Origin: Mesorhizobium sp.
Lineage (GTDB): Bacteria; Pseudomonadota; Alphaproteobacteria; Rhizobiales; Rhizobiaceae
DNA length: 64,000 bases
NCBI GenBank assembly: GCA_016793485.1
Contig: JAEULZ010000016.1
Coordinates: 155,837-219,836, forward strand
Direction: 5' to 3'
Part shown: one piece after another, positions 20,157 through 28,905 of the stretch
Layout of the letters: each line of letters begins with the position of its first letter
Numbering within the stretch: position 1 is the first letter of the stretch
The notes under the pieces: generated by a model
Seen by the model: only the letters and a program-made list of their open reading frames with translations
Databases searched by the model: none
What the model was told of the DNA's origin: nothing
Made by a program: the position numbers and the translations under genes

Positions 20157-21623
20157 TTATCCGGCCTGCCGGCGACGAACGAACGGAGCGTGGTCCCGTT
20201 CAAAGTAGACGGAGGATACTGCGCCTGATGGAACCCTGCCCTCCATGGTCAAGTCGCGGCCAACCCAGGCACCCTTTATTGTTGGATCGATCGCCTGTGC
20301 GTCGCTCTTGAACTGCACGAGCAGTTCTTCGAGTAGGGTGTCAACGTCGATGGCGCCGGTGCGATAGACCCTGGCAAGCGTAGGAGCGACCATATTGAGG
20401 GTCGGAGCGGCCGTTTGGGAAGGCGTGCGCCACGGCGCGCGATTGGCATCTTGAACTATGCGCCTCATGTCGCGCTCCAAGCGAACCAATTGCTTTTCCG
20501 CGACATCCTCACAGTCGTAGGTGCCAAGCTCGAAATCGAATTGGTCGAAAGTCACGGCCGAAAGTTTCACTGCGAAGCCAGCCAGCGTTGTCGCGCGTTT
20601 CCTATATATGTGTTTCATGAGCCGGACAGCCTCGTTGTGCTTCGCCGTAAAGGCGTCAGACGCGGCTAGATAGCCGGAAGATTTCATGATCTGCCGGCGA
20701 CGCTTGTGATCGTGTTCGGCGATGGCACGGGCTTCGGCCTCACTCTCATAGACATCGAAGAGACGGCGACGTTCGGCATCTAGCGGGCGCGCGTCAGCTT
20801 TGGCTTTCTCAAACTCGTGTCCCAGCTCCACAAGTTCGGCGTCTGCGGTCTCGGTTATGTGATCCGATGCGATAGCGCCGGATGGCGGAGAAGCCAACAG
20901 CGATGCAGCCTCCGCCAGTACCGACGGCTCGTTGAGAGGGAAGTCGCCGCCGCCGGACAGCACAACGAACTTGGCAACAAAGTCCAGCGCGTCTTCCGCC
21001 GGCAACGCAAGCATGCGCCGCTCGATCTCGCAGCACTCTTTGGAGAGCGTGTTTGTAAAAGCGTCGTCCTCCTCCGGCGTCAGCGTTGGATCAACCGTGC
21101 GCAAACGCTTTTGGACGTCGTCCCAGGCTTGGAAGAGTTGAAGTAGCGGGCTCGTCGAGCGAGCAGCGGTCCTTTCGAAATAGGCCAATGCTGCGGTGGT
21201 CAGGTTCAAAGCAATCGTGTCCCCTCGCGTGTCATGCAACTCCTCCTTGACCAGGCGCAGTGCTTCGACCGCGCCCTCATGAGTGAGGGCCGGTCCGTCC
21301 CATTGCTGGAGCCGATCTGAGGCCGGACCGTACGTCTCGGCGATCGCCTTCGCTTCGCTACCGCGACCGGTTTTGGGATAGGAATGACGATTATAGGCTG
21401 CCAGCCCGTCGCGGAACGCCTTGATTGCGTCTATCAACGGATCGGTGCCGGAGGAGGGGTCGGAAACTCGTGGCGCGCAAAAGACGGCGATTGGATCGAC
21501 ATGCTGGTTCACTGCTTCATTCTCACTCTGTACTGACTCTGGCGAATTTGCCGCCGGCGTTGAAGCATCGTCCGGCTCTGAAATCGACCGGTTGGAGACC
21601 TGGTTGAGCGCTGTTTTTGCCAT
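20157..21623 (-). CDS. hypothetical protein with three tandem helical repeat domains
   Basis: 488 aa; units beginning DPLIDAI, SPLLQLF, DAELVEL and ending PALTHEGAVEAL, PAEDALDFVAK, RATTLAGFAVK. Confidence 0.7.
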   Translation of the reverse strand: MAKTALNQVSNRSISEPDDASTPAANSPESVQSENEAVNQHVDPIAVFCAPRVSDPSSGTDPLIDAIKAFRDGLAAYNRHSYPKTGRGSEAKAIAETYGPASDRLQQWDGPALTHEGAVEALRLVKEELHDTRGDTIALNLTTAALAYFERTAARSTSPLLQLFQAWDDVQKRLRTVDPTLTPEEDDAFTNTLSKECCEIERRMLALPAEDALDFVAKFVVLSGGGDFPLNEPSVLAEAASLLASPPSGAIASDHITETADAELVELGHEFEKAKADARPLDAERRRLFDVYESEAEARAIAEHDHKRRRQIMKSSGYLAASDAFTAKHNEAVRLMKHIYRKRATTLAGFAVKLSAVTFDQFDFELGTYDCEDVAEKQLVRLERDMRRIVQDANRAPWRTPSQTAAPTLNMVAPTLARVYRTGAIDVDTLLEELLVQFKSDAQAIDPTIKGAWVGRDLTMEGRVPSGAVSSVYFERDHAPFVRRRQAG

Positions 21624-21681
21624 TAGTGTTACCTCCAGTTTTGAGTGTACGGCGATGCGGAAATGATGTTGCTGGAGTGCC

Positions 21682-21984
21682 CTACGCGACGAGCGAAGAG
21701 AGCTCCTGTTCGAGCGCCTTGCGACGCCAGTCGATGTTCATTTGAAGCGGCTTGTATTTGAGGGCGTCGATCTCGGCCTTGATGGCCTCGGCACGGCGCT
21801 GTGCCGGCGTCTGGCCGGACTTGGCGTTCCTCCATGCGGCCTTGAGGCCCCACGACATGAGCAGGGCGTAAGACCATTCGCGGCCCTTGTAGGCGCGGGC
21901 GTAGCGGTGTGCCTCGCGCATGATCGCAGCGCGGTCTAATTTGGGCATACCTCCGGCGTTTGCCGGAACGATGGTGTTCGGCAT
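21682..21984 (-). CDS. hypothetical protein divergent from repressor
   Basis: 100 aa, basic; SD-like GGAG upstream. Confidence 0.65.
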   Translation of the reverse strand: MPNTIVPANAGGMPKLDRAAIMREAHRYARAYKGREWSYALLMSWGLKAAWRNAKSGQTPAQRRAEAIKAEIDALKYKPLQMNIDWRRKALEQELSSLVA

Positions 21985-22012
21985 TTACGACTCCAAAGCG
22001 GGGTTAAGCGAC

Positions 22013-22074
22013 TGATAACTACTTATCACTAGACAAGGGGTGATAGCAAGTGCATCAGTGATAAAAACTGCTCA
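22013..22074. promoter_or_regulatory. operator-like palindromes in divergent promoter
   Basis: TGATAA-CTAC-TTATCA (22013-22028) and degenerate copies at ~22041 and 22059-22074. Confidence 0.6.
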
Positions 22075-22076
22075 GT

Positions 22077-22328
22077 ATGGCGAGAAGTATGAAAACCCGC
22101 ATCAAGGCAGCACGCGACCTGCTCGGGATCACCCAGGCTGAACTATGTGAGGCGGCAAATATCCCGCTCATCACCCTGCGACGGATAGAAGGCAAACCGG
22201 AGCATGCTGGGCTGGTGTCTCAGGAGACCGTCGAGAAGGTGCGCCTCGCGCTGGAGGCATTGGGTGTCCAGTTTTTGGAGAGCGGCGATCGAGCGAAGGG
22301 CTCTGGCGTGGCGCTTCGGACAAAGTAG
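22077..22328 (+). CDS. XRE-family HTH regulator
   Basis: IKAARDLLGITQAELCEAANIPLITLRRIE...ALEALGVQF. Confidence 0.85.
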   Translation: MARSMKTRIKAARDLLGITQAELCEAANIPLITLRRIEGKPEHAGLVSQETVEKVRLALEALGVQFLESGDRAKGSGVALRTK

Positions 22329-22658
22329 TCACACGCCCCGCTTGTCCTTCCAAACGATTCTTCGGGTATAGACGACCCGCTCAATCTTTCGCTGGATCGC
22401 AACGTCAGCCATGTCGCTTGGCGGACCACCGAGCTTGAAGTCCAGTGATCCCTTGCCATCACATTGCCGGCAACGCAGGCCGGTTGCGCGGATGACGTCA
22501 TCGCATTCCATGTCGCCAAAGGCGGTCAGCAGATCGGCGATGAAATAGTATCTGAGACGCTTGCAATATGTGCATTTGATCGACGCGTACTGCCCGTTCT
22601 TCGCGGCCTCGGACAGCCAATACGCTCCTTTCCGTTTCGGCCAATATGGTTCGGGCAT
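22329..22658 (-). CDS. small zinc-ribbon hypothetical protein
   Basis: CTYC...CRQC; start MPEPYW at 22658. Confidence 0.65.
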   Translation of the reverse strand: MPEPYWPKRKGAYWLSEAAKNGQYASIKCTYCKRLRYYFIADLLTAFGDMECDDVIRATGLRCRQCDGKGSLDFKLGGPPSDMADVAIQRKIERVVYTRRIVWKDKRGV

Positions 22659-22712
22659 GCAACGAATTAGGAGCGCCGGATCGTGCCGGTCAATCCACCC
22701 GTTGACTCTTTT

Positions 22713-22727
22713 GTTCCATTTTTGTTC
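22713..22727. promoter_or_regulatory. alphaproteobacterial LexA (SOS) box
   Basis: exact GTTC-N7-GTTC (GTTCCATTTTTGTTC), next to TTGACT at 22702, between zinc-ribbon and SRAP genes. Confidence 0.75.
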
Positions 22728-22822
22728 ACTGTGCCCACATTGAAGGCTGCCGAGATGGCCTGTGCCGACTGGCCTGCCGATCGTATCAGGCCACACGCGG
22801 CCGTCTTTGAGATCATCCCCTG

Positions 22823-23179
22823 ATGTGTGGTCGGTTCACACGATACCTGTCCTGGTCGGAGATCCATCGGCTCTATCGGCTGACGGCGCCGGAAGACATC
22901 GGCCGCAACGCGCCGGCACGCTACAACATTGCGCCAACCGAGGATGTGCTGTTCGTCACGCAGGACCGTGACGGCGCGCAGAAGCTCAGGGAGGGCCGCT
23001 GGTGGCTCGTGCCGTGGTGGGCGAAGGAAACGCCCAAGGCGGCGATGTTCAACGCCCGCATCGAGACGGCAGACACATCTGGCGCCTTCAATTGCCTGGA
23101 GCCGCGAAGCCAACCCTGCCGTTGGCGAATACGGCGAACCAATGACGCTTTTTCAGGCTGGCGAGATTCCGGACTTTGA
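22823..23179 (+). pseudogene. truncated SRAP/YedK (HMCES-like) abasic-site protein
   Basis: MCGRF, RYNIAPT, WWLVPWW, FNARIET present; similarity stops at ~aa 89 (~23089), before the expected C-terminal half. Confidence 0.8.
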
Positions 23180-23202
23180 GTGAGGGCCTCTCGCGATGAG
23201 GG

Positions 23203-23772
23203 TCACAGGAGGAGTTGCGGGTTTTTCAGCAACCTCTCTGCCACATCGCCGAAAGTGTCTGCCAAGAACGCTGGGCGCGGTGCCGGCGTCTTTGGCGGGG
23301 CAATGTACCTCAAGGCAAAATCAGTCTCTTTACTGTGCAGCGGCGCCAGAAGCCGCAATTGCGCAACGATCTCAACTTCCGGAAATCGAGAGAAGTTGTC
23401 TGACCACTTCCCGCTTCGTTCGGCAGCAGACCATGCCCTTATAGCTGAGAAAATGACGAGGTCTCGCAACGACGAATTGGATGGTTCGTCCCACAGTTGG
23501 TTGAGATCGTGACCGAATTTACGGCGCACTTCGTCAACAGGTCGCCCCGCTTGGAGCATTGGAAACTTGAGCAAAAGCTCGATCCCATGGGCTATCAGGT
23601 GCAGCGTCGGTATCTTGAGCAAGTTTGGCCGTCGTTCGAACTCGGCGCTGTTCAGCAGCAGCCTAGCCGCGCTGAGATAACGGTGAGCGCCGGCAATGAT
23701 CTGCCCTTTTGGGCTATCGAGAAAGTCCAAGGGGAGCCAAAAATAGGATTGGGACGTTCTATGAACGTTCAC
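23203..23772 (-). CDS. HEPN-like hypothetical protein
   Basis: LHLIAHGIELLLK helix and RRKFGHDL (Rx4H/HDL) pattern. Confidence 0.5.
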   Translation of the reverse strand: MNVHRTSQSYFWLPLDFLDSPKGQIIAGAHRYLSAARLLLNSAEFERRPNLLKIPTLHLIAHGIELLLKFPMLQAGRPVDEVRRKFGHDLNQLWDEPSNSSLRDLVIFSAIRAWSAAERSGKWSDNFSRFPEVEIVAQLRLLAPLHSKETDFALRYIAPPKTPAPRPAFLADTFGDVAERLLKNPQLLL

Positions 23773-23918
23773 GGAACTAGGGTGGCCGTCAACCGTTGGT
23801 CAACCATTTCCAGTGTCAAAATAGGCCTTGCAGTTCCTAACAGGCCGTTTTGACGAGTGATTCGGAGAGTGCTATGCAACAACGAATCAACTGGCGCGGG
23901 GCCAGACAGGAGGGGAAA

Positions 23919-24125
23919 ATGACGGTACGGGAGGCTGCTCTCCAGGCAGTCGGCGTCGACGTGCATGCTTCTTCTTCAGACCGAAATCAGTTGTCCGGCC
24001 TGCCGGACATCTACCAAATCCCCGGTCAGGCATTTTCCGGTTATGGTGAATTCACGCCTATAACCGTGCGCTCTGACACGGTGATCTCGGATGCCCACTT
24101 GGAACGACATCAACGCCGAGATTGA
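23919..24125 (+). CDS. small hypothetical protein overlapping protease start
   Basis: strong SD AGGAGG before ATG 23919; 68 aa; 35-nt overlap with next gene. Confidence 0.45.
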   Translation: MTVREAALQAVGVDVHASSSDRNQLSGLPDIYQIPGQAFSGYGEFTPITVRSDTVISDAHLERHQRRD

Positions 24126-24993
24126 TGGTCTCGGCACGCCCAACGCGTGCGATGAAGTTCGACAAAAATATCTGCAGCAGCTCGAACGGCGCGTCGGCCG
24201 AACTGTTCTGGCGTACTATTCGGGCTTCCTCCAGAAGCGCTCTGCCGATGGCAGGTTTCACCCGGAATGCGCGATAACGGACCTCGACATGAACGGCCTT
24301 ATGGCCGTGGTTCACAATGTCGACCGGACACGCGGCCTCGATCTCATTCTTCATACACCAGGTGGAGGCATTGAGGCCGGACGCTCAGCGGTAGAGTATC
24401 TCTACAAGATGTTCGGACTGGATATTCGTGTCATCGTCCCTCACATGGCCATGTCTGTCGGGACCATGATTGCTTGTGCATCCAGGGAGATCGTGATGGG
24501 TAAGCACTCCTGCCTCGGGCCAACCGATCCTCAAGTGAAGGGCCACCCAGCGATGGGCGTTCTGTCAGAAGTGGATCGTGCCATAGCGGAAATCAAAGCC
24601 GAACAGCTTAAGGCCATACTCTGGCAGCAGGTGTTCTCGAAATATCCGCCCGCTTTCATTGCCGACTGTGAGCGGTCACTGGAAGGCACGCGAGAAATGG
24701 TCACGACCTGGCTGCGCCAAAACATGTTCGCTGCGGCGGGCGATCCTGGAGCGGCGGCGACAGAGACCGTGAACCGACTGATGGACTATGCGGGCACAAC
24801 AGAACATGGGCACCATTTCCTGATCGATAAGTGCCAGGAGATGGGACTGACCGTTGTCGCGCTGGAGGATGACCAGAACCTTCAAGAAGACGTACTAAGC
24901 GTGCATCACTCCTTTGTCGCCACGTTCGCAAAGACGCCGTCGATTAAGCTTATCCAGAACGCTGCTGGCGCCAACTGGACAGTCGCGGGCTAA
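24091..24993 (+). CDS. ClpP-fold serine protease (SDH/S49-like)
   Basis: LDLILHTPGG, VPHMAMSVGTMIA (nucleophile Ser), LGPTDPQ, EHGHH. Confidence 0.85.
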   Translation: MPTWNDINAEIDGLGTPNACDEVRQKYLQQLERRVGRTVLAYYSGFLQKRSADGRFHPECAITDLDMNGLMAVVHNVDRTRGLDLILHTPGGGIEAGRSAVEYLYKMFGLDIRVIVPHMAMSVGTMIACASREIVMGKHSCLGPTDPQVKGHPAMGVLSEVDRAIAEIKAEQLKAILWQQVFSKYPPAFIADCERSLEGTREMVTTWLRQNMFAAAGDPGAAATETVNRLMDYAGTTEHGHHFLIDKCQEMGLTVVALEDDQNLQEDVLSVHHSFVATFAKTPSIKLIQNAAGANWTVAG

Positions 24994-25010
24994 TACCAAC
25001 CAACTTTCGT

Positions 25011-25268
25011 TTACATGCCTGCGGCTGCTCTGTGCGCCTGCGCAATCAGACGGGAGATTGCGACTCGATCTGCGACCTCAGAGCACGAAAAATGCCCGTG
25101 CCGATAGGCACCATGCGCCATGCCCCGAGGAGCGCCACCCCCAGCGCCATGCATGCGACAGACATGCTTTCCCCGGACCGCAGGCGCCTTGCAGCGCAGC
25201 CCCGACCGCTTCGACTTGGCTTTGCATCTAAGCGCTGCATTCGCACGGTGCATGGGGTTAGCCTCCAT
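25011..25268 (-). CDS. HGGxSTG-like zinc-finger protein
   Basis: RCKAKSKRSGLRCKAPAVRGKHVCRMHG...GAPRG...YRHG; start uncertain. Confidence 0.7.
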   Translation of the reverse strand: MEANPMHRANAALRCKAKSKRSGLRCKAPAVRGKHVCRMHGAGGGAPRGMAHGAYRHGHFSCSEVADRVAISRLIAQAHRAAAGM

Positions 25269-25917
25269 TTTTCTCACTCCCCCCGTGCTGGACGTTGCCG
25301 ACGATCGCCTGTCCGCCCTGTTCGACGTTGACCCTTTCGACATAGACACGCTGCTCTCCTTTGGAACGATACCGCTTCAGCGCTTCCACCTGGGCGGTGA
25401 ATGTGCGGGCGAGTTTGTTGAAGGCCTTCTCGTCGGCGTCCTGCTGCAGGATGGTGGCCGCATGGGATAGCCTGCGGGAGAATGTCATCATCGCCATATG
25501 CACCGCCGCCATCTGTGCGCCAAGCATCGCTTCCACCTGGTCTCGTGGCTCAACTCCAGTGATCACCGAGATCACGAAATTGCAGGCATTCTCATCGACC
25601 TCTTGGCCGGGCGAGGCGATGTTGGCAATCTGGTTGAGCAGGCCGCTGGTGAAGTCGGCATTGCACGTTCCCATCGCCTCCATAAGCAGCGTGTAGCCAG
25701 CCGCTCCATTCGCATGGTCGATTGAGATGTGACCTTGGCCGTCCTTCTTGGTGACCTTGAGCCGTGGGACCGGGTTGGCTTTCTGGCGACGCGTATGTTG
25801 GCGACGCATAGCTTCATGCTCGAGACGGTTGGCCGGCTCATAGATCTTCTTCAGCTTCTTGTCGGTGGCGTCCTCTTCGGGCTCTGCGACAGGCACCACG
25901 TTTGACTTCCTGCTCAA
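25258..25917 (-). CDS. conserved-looking mobile-element hypothetical protein
   Basis: 219 aa; EPRDQVEAMLGAQM, KLARTFTAQVEALKRYR, VNVEQGGQAIVGNV. Confidence 0.7.
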   Translation of the reverse strand: MSRKSNVVPVAEPEEDATDKKLKKIYEPANRLEHEAMRRQHTRRQKANPVPRLKVTKKDGQGHISIDHANGAAGYTLLMEAMGTCNADFTSGLLNQIANIASPGQEVDENACNFVISVITGVEPRDQVEAMLGAQMAAVHMAMMTFSRRLSHAATILQQDADEKAFNKLARTFTAQVEALKRYRSKGEQRVYVERVNVEQGGQAIVGNVQHGGSEKNGG

Positions 25918-26252
25918 TGTCTTGTCTCCCCGATGCGGCGGATGTCTTCAGCGGCGAGTCTGGCAAGCAGGTTGACCGCATGCTCGATCATGATCTGGCC
26001 GAAGTGGTGGTAGCAGAGAGCATTCGCCCAATCGTCACGCTGCCGGCGTTCCTCGGCGACGGTGTGGCAGCCGCGGGCGAAGGCGAGGAAAGTGAACAGG
26101 TGATCGACATTGCCTGCCGGTCCATCCAGGACTCGATCGACTTCTGCCTGTAGCTCGCCGGGAATGCCGTCGCCGGTGGCCTGCGCCTCCATCCATCTCT
26201 CGATGCCGCGCATGAGATCGGGAAGGGTGGGGATGCTGATCTGGTCCGTCAT
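25914..26252 (-). CDS. hypothetical protein
   Basis: MTDQISIP start; stop overlaps next start. Confidence 0.55.
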   Translation of the reverse strand: MTDQISIPTLPDLMRGIERWMEAQATGDGIPGELQAEVDRVLDGPAGNVDHLFTFLAFARGCHTVAEERRQRDDWANALCYHHFGQIMIEHAVNLLARLAAEDIRRIGETRH

Positions 26253-26290
26253 CTTCCTTGTCTCCTGTGTTTCCGGTATTCTTCGCCACG

Positions 26291-26500
26291 ATGGCCTATG
26301 ACCACTTCCGACCACCTGAGCACTTCTCGCCGAGAGGGCGTTTCCTGTTCCGGGCGCTGTGCTGGGTGACATTCATCGTCGGTATGCTGGCCTTCAGCTA
26401 TTTCGTTGTTCCGATCATCGCGCAGTACGTTTCCCAGCCCTTTTCGGAGTGGGTAGGGAACACCATCTTCGGGCCTAAGGACGCTGCCTCCCCACGGTGA
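26291..26500 (+). CDS. small single-pass membrane protein convergent with ejection-like gene
   Basis: 69 aa from MAYDHF; hydrophobic stretch FLFRALCWVTFIVGMLAFSYFVVPIIA. Confidence 0.55.
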   Translation: MAYDHFRPPEHFSPRGRFLFRALCWVTFIVGMLAFSYFVVPIIAQYVSQPFSEWVGNTIFGPKDAASPR

Positions 26501-28563
26501 TCTCCAGCGGCCGGCGTTCCTGCTGAGGCAATGCCGGAAGCGATCCACCCCTGAGCGTCGCACCACCCGTTCCTGAAGGGTTGACCGGGACAGGCCTCGT
26601 CGTCGCGGCTCGTGCCCTGCTGGTGCGTGCAACGGCTCCTGCGCTCCGTGTGGCAGTTCCTGCAATGGCACCAAGCCCAAGCGATTCCAGAGGCCCCAGT
26701 CCACCCATATGGCCACCCCCGGCTGCGAGCGCCGTGACGATGCCCTGGGCGTACTTCTGCAGCGTCGGCATCAGCCGGTTGGCTGTGTTCGAGAAGTTCT
26801 GTCCTGAACGGTTCGGCGACATGGCGCGCATGACATTGGCATAGGCCGCCATCATCTTGCGCTCCTCCTCGGAGAACAGGACGTTGGCAACGGCACGGCC
26901 ATCGCCCTTCAGCATGCCATCCAGGTTCTTGGCGATCTGCGATGGGTTCAGCGTCTCGTCGCCGGCACGGGTTGCACGAAGCCAGAACGACTGACGGATG
27001 CCAGACCAGTGCGGGCTGTCGGCGCCGAGATGTTTTTTCAACTCCTGCGCGGTCATAAACGCACTGCCTTTCGGAGAGGCGACAGAGGTGCCCCACAGAA
27101 GCTTGCCGACCTCTTCAGGACTCATATCCTTGTCCACGATGGACCGTAGGCGCGCCTGTGCCTCATAGCGGGGATTAAGACCTGCACCCTGCTTGCGGCG
27201 CGGCTCTGCCATGGCCTTGTACTCGGACCATTTGGATCGGGCCGTCTTCAACTCGGCGAGCACATCGTCGCTGGCGCTGACAAGGCCGCGTTCAAAGATA
27301 TCATCTGTCCAGTCATCGAGCGCACGGCTGATTGACTTCAATGCAGGCGCATCCGGTCCCATCGGCGGGAAGTTCTTGCGCACAGACGAGCGCATGTTTT
27401 CGATCCACCGCAACTGGGCTTGGACACCAGACACGTCGCCGGTCTCTTTTGGAAGCCGGCCAATGTAATCGTCGATAAACTTGAGGGCTCGGGATGCTCC
27501 CTGATGGTACATCGGATCCACGACGATCTGGTCTGCATCGAGCCGCTGCCCGATAAAGCCGGGAAGGTCGCGTACGGCGTCGCCCGATACGAGCACGTCG
27601 GGATTGTTCACCGAAGCCTCATAGGCGTCCTGGCTGGCAGCCTTCAGCCCATCACGCTTTCCACGGAGCGCACCGGGCACGGTGTCATAGGCGTCAGCCT
27701 GTCCGGCAATGCGCGGCTGCTGACCCGCGATGCGACCTTGTACGTCATCGATCGACTGACCGAGTGCTGCACGCTGCGCCTGGTCGAATGCCTGCATGTC
27801 GCCCTGAGAGCGAAGCTGATCTTCGATATTGGCCTGGCTGACAGAGCGCGTCGCCTGTGCACGGGAAAGCGGGATGCCGAATTGTTCCGCCTCCGAAACG
27901 TTGGCCGCTGGATTGACGCCGGGTGCGGCATCGCCGGCGCCCTGAAATGCTCGACGGTAAAGTGCGCCACCTCCAGTGGCCAAGCTTTCTCCAGCGAGAC
28001 CAAATCCCGCTCCTATGGGCACATTGTACGCCGCGCCCTCAACTCTTTCGCGCGCGTTCTCGCCGCTACCTGCCCCATAGAGGCCTGCCGCAATGGCACC
28101 GTCTGCCGATCCACCGAGAAGACGCACCAGCCAGCCCTTGCCCGCCTGCGCCGCATTGGCAGCGAGAGACAGCCCACCCTTGGCGAGCGCGATTCCACCG
28201 CCGACGCCGCCGGCAATCTGTCCGCCGAGATGGGAATACGGGTATGCCTCGGCATCAGCATCTCCCTGAGCGGATTTCGCCGACAAGCTCATCGTACCCT
28301 TTGCCATGACCACCGGGCAGCATGCCGCCGAGAGAGCCGACCGCAGCCGCAGCCTCATCTGCGAGCCCGAATGTTGCCGTGTCAGCAAAGCCTCTCGCAA
28401 TGGCACGGGCACGACTGGGCCGATCGAGTGGATCGCTATCCTGCTGCCCGACAAGCTCAAAGCCGGCAGGTGGCGGCGGAATGTCGGATCCGCTCTGCAT
28501 GGGCACAAGCTCGAAGCCTGGAGGCGGTGCTGGGATTTGTGATGCTGTTCCGGCCATGTCCAT
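26475..28563 (-). pseudogene. large phage DNA-ejection-like protein split by a frameshift near 28269
   Basis: N-terminal ORF (PAPPPGFELV x2, ARGFADTATFGLADE) ends ...GEIRSGRC*, while the other frame continues QGDADAEAYPYS into the 677-aa ORF; removing one base joins them into ~695 aa; could be a sequencing error. Confidence 0.7.
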
Positions 28564-28568
28564 TGTCC

Positions 28569-28871
28569 TCAATGCAGGTTGCCAGTTTCGTCGGCCTGGC
28601 CGCTCGCAATCGCCATAAGCTCCTGATCGGTCATCTCGATCATCGGCCGGTTGCTGACCACGGCCATCTGCTGCATGGGCTTGCCATCGAGGCGATCAGC
28701 GATTTCCTTGATCGCAGAGACGTCGCCGGCAATGGCCTTGGTCACGAGGATCTCTGCCAGTTCGCGCAGCCTGGGCTGTCCGCTCTCGCCGGTTTCGTGC
28801 ACGGCAACGCGCAGCATGTTGGCGAAGGTCTTCTCGCTCTTGCGGCGCCCGCTGTTCGAATTTCCGGCCAT
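28569..28871 (-). CDS. terminase small subunit-like (DUF5681-like) protein
   Basis: MAGNSNSGRRK, LVTKAIAGDVSAIKEIADRLDGKPMQ, MTDQEL. Confidence 0.6.
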   Translation of the reverse strand: MAGNSNSGRRKSEKTFANMLRVAVHETGESGQPRLRELAEILVTKAIAGDVSAIKEIADRLDGKPMQQMAVVSNRPMIEMTDQELMAIASGQADETGNLH

Positions 28872-28905
28872 TTTTAATATGCCCAAGCTGTTGGTTTCAT
28901 TTGCA

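Noticed and set aside
22929-23853. Overlapping plus-strand ORFs as the missing SRAP C-terminus
   Set aside because: None shows the expected CLIPADGFYEW-type or HxRMP motifs, so this is a truncation rather than a frameshift.
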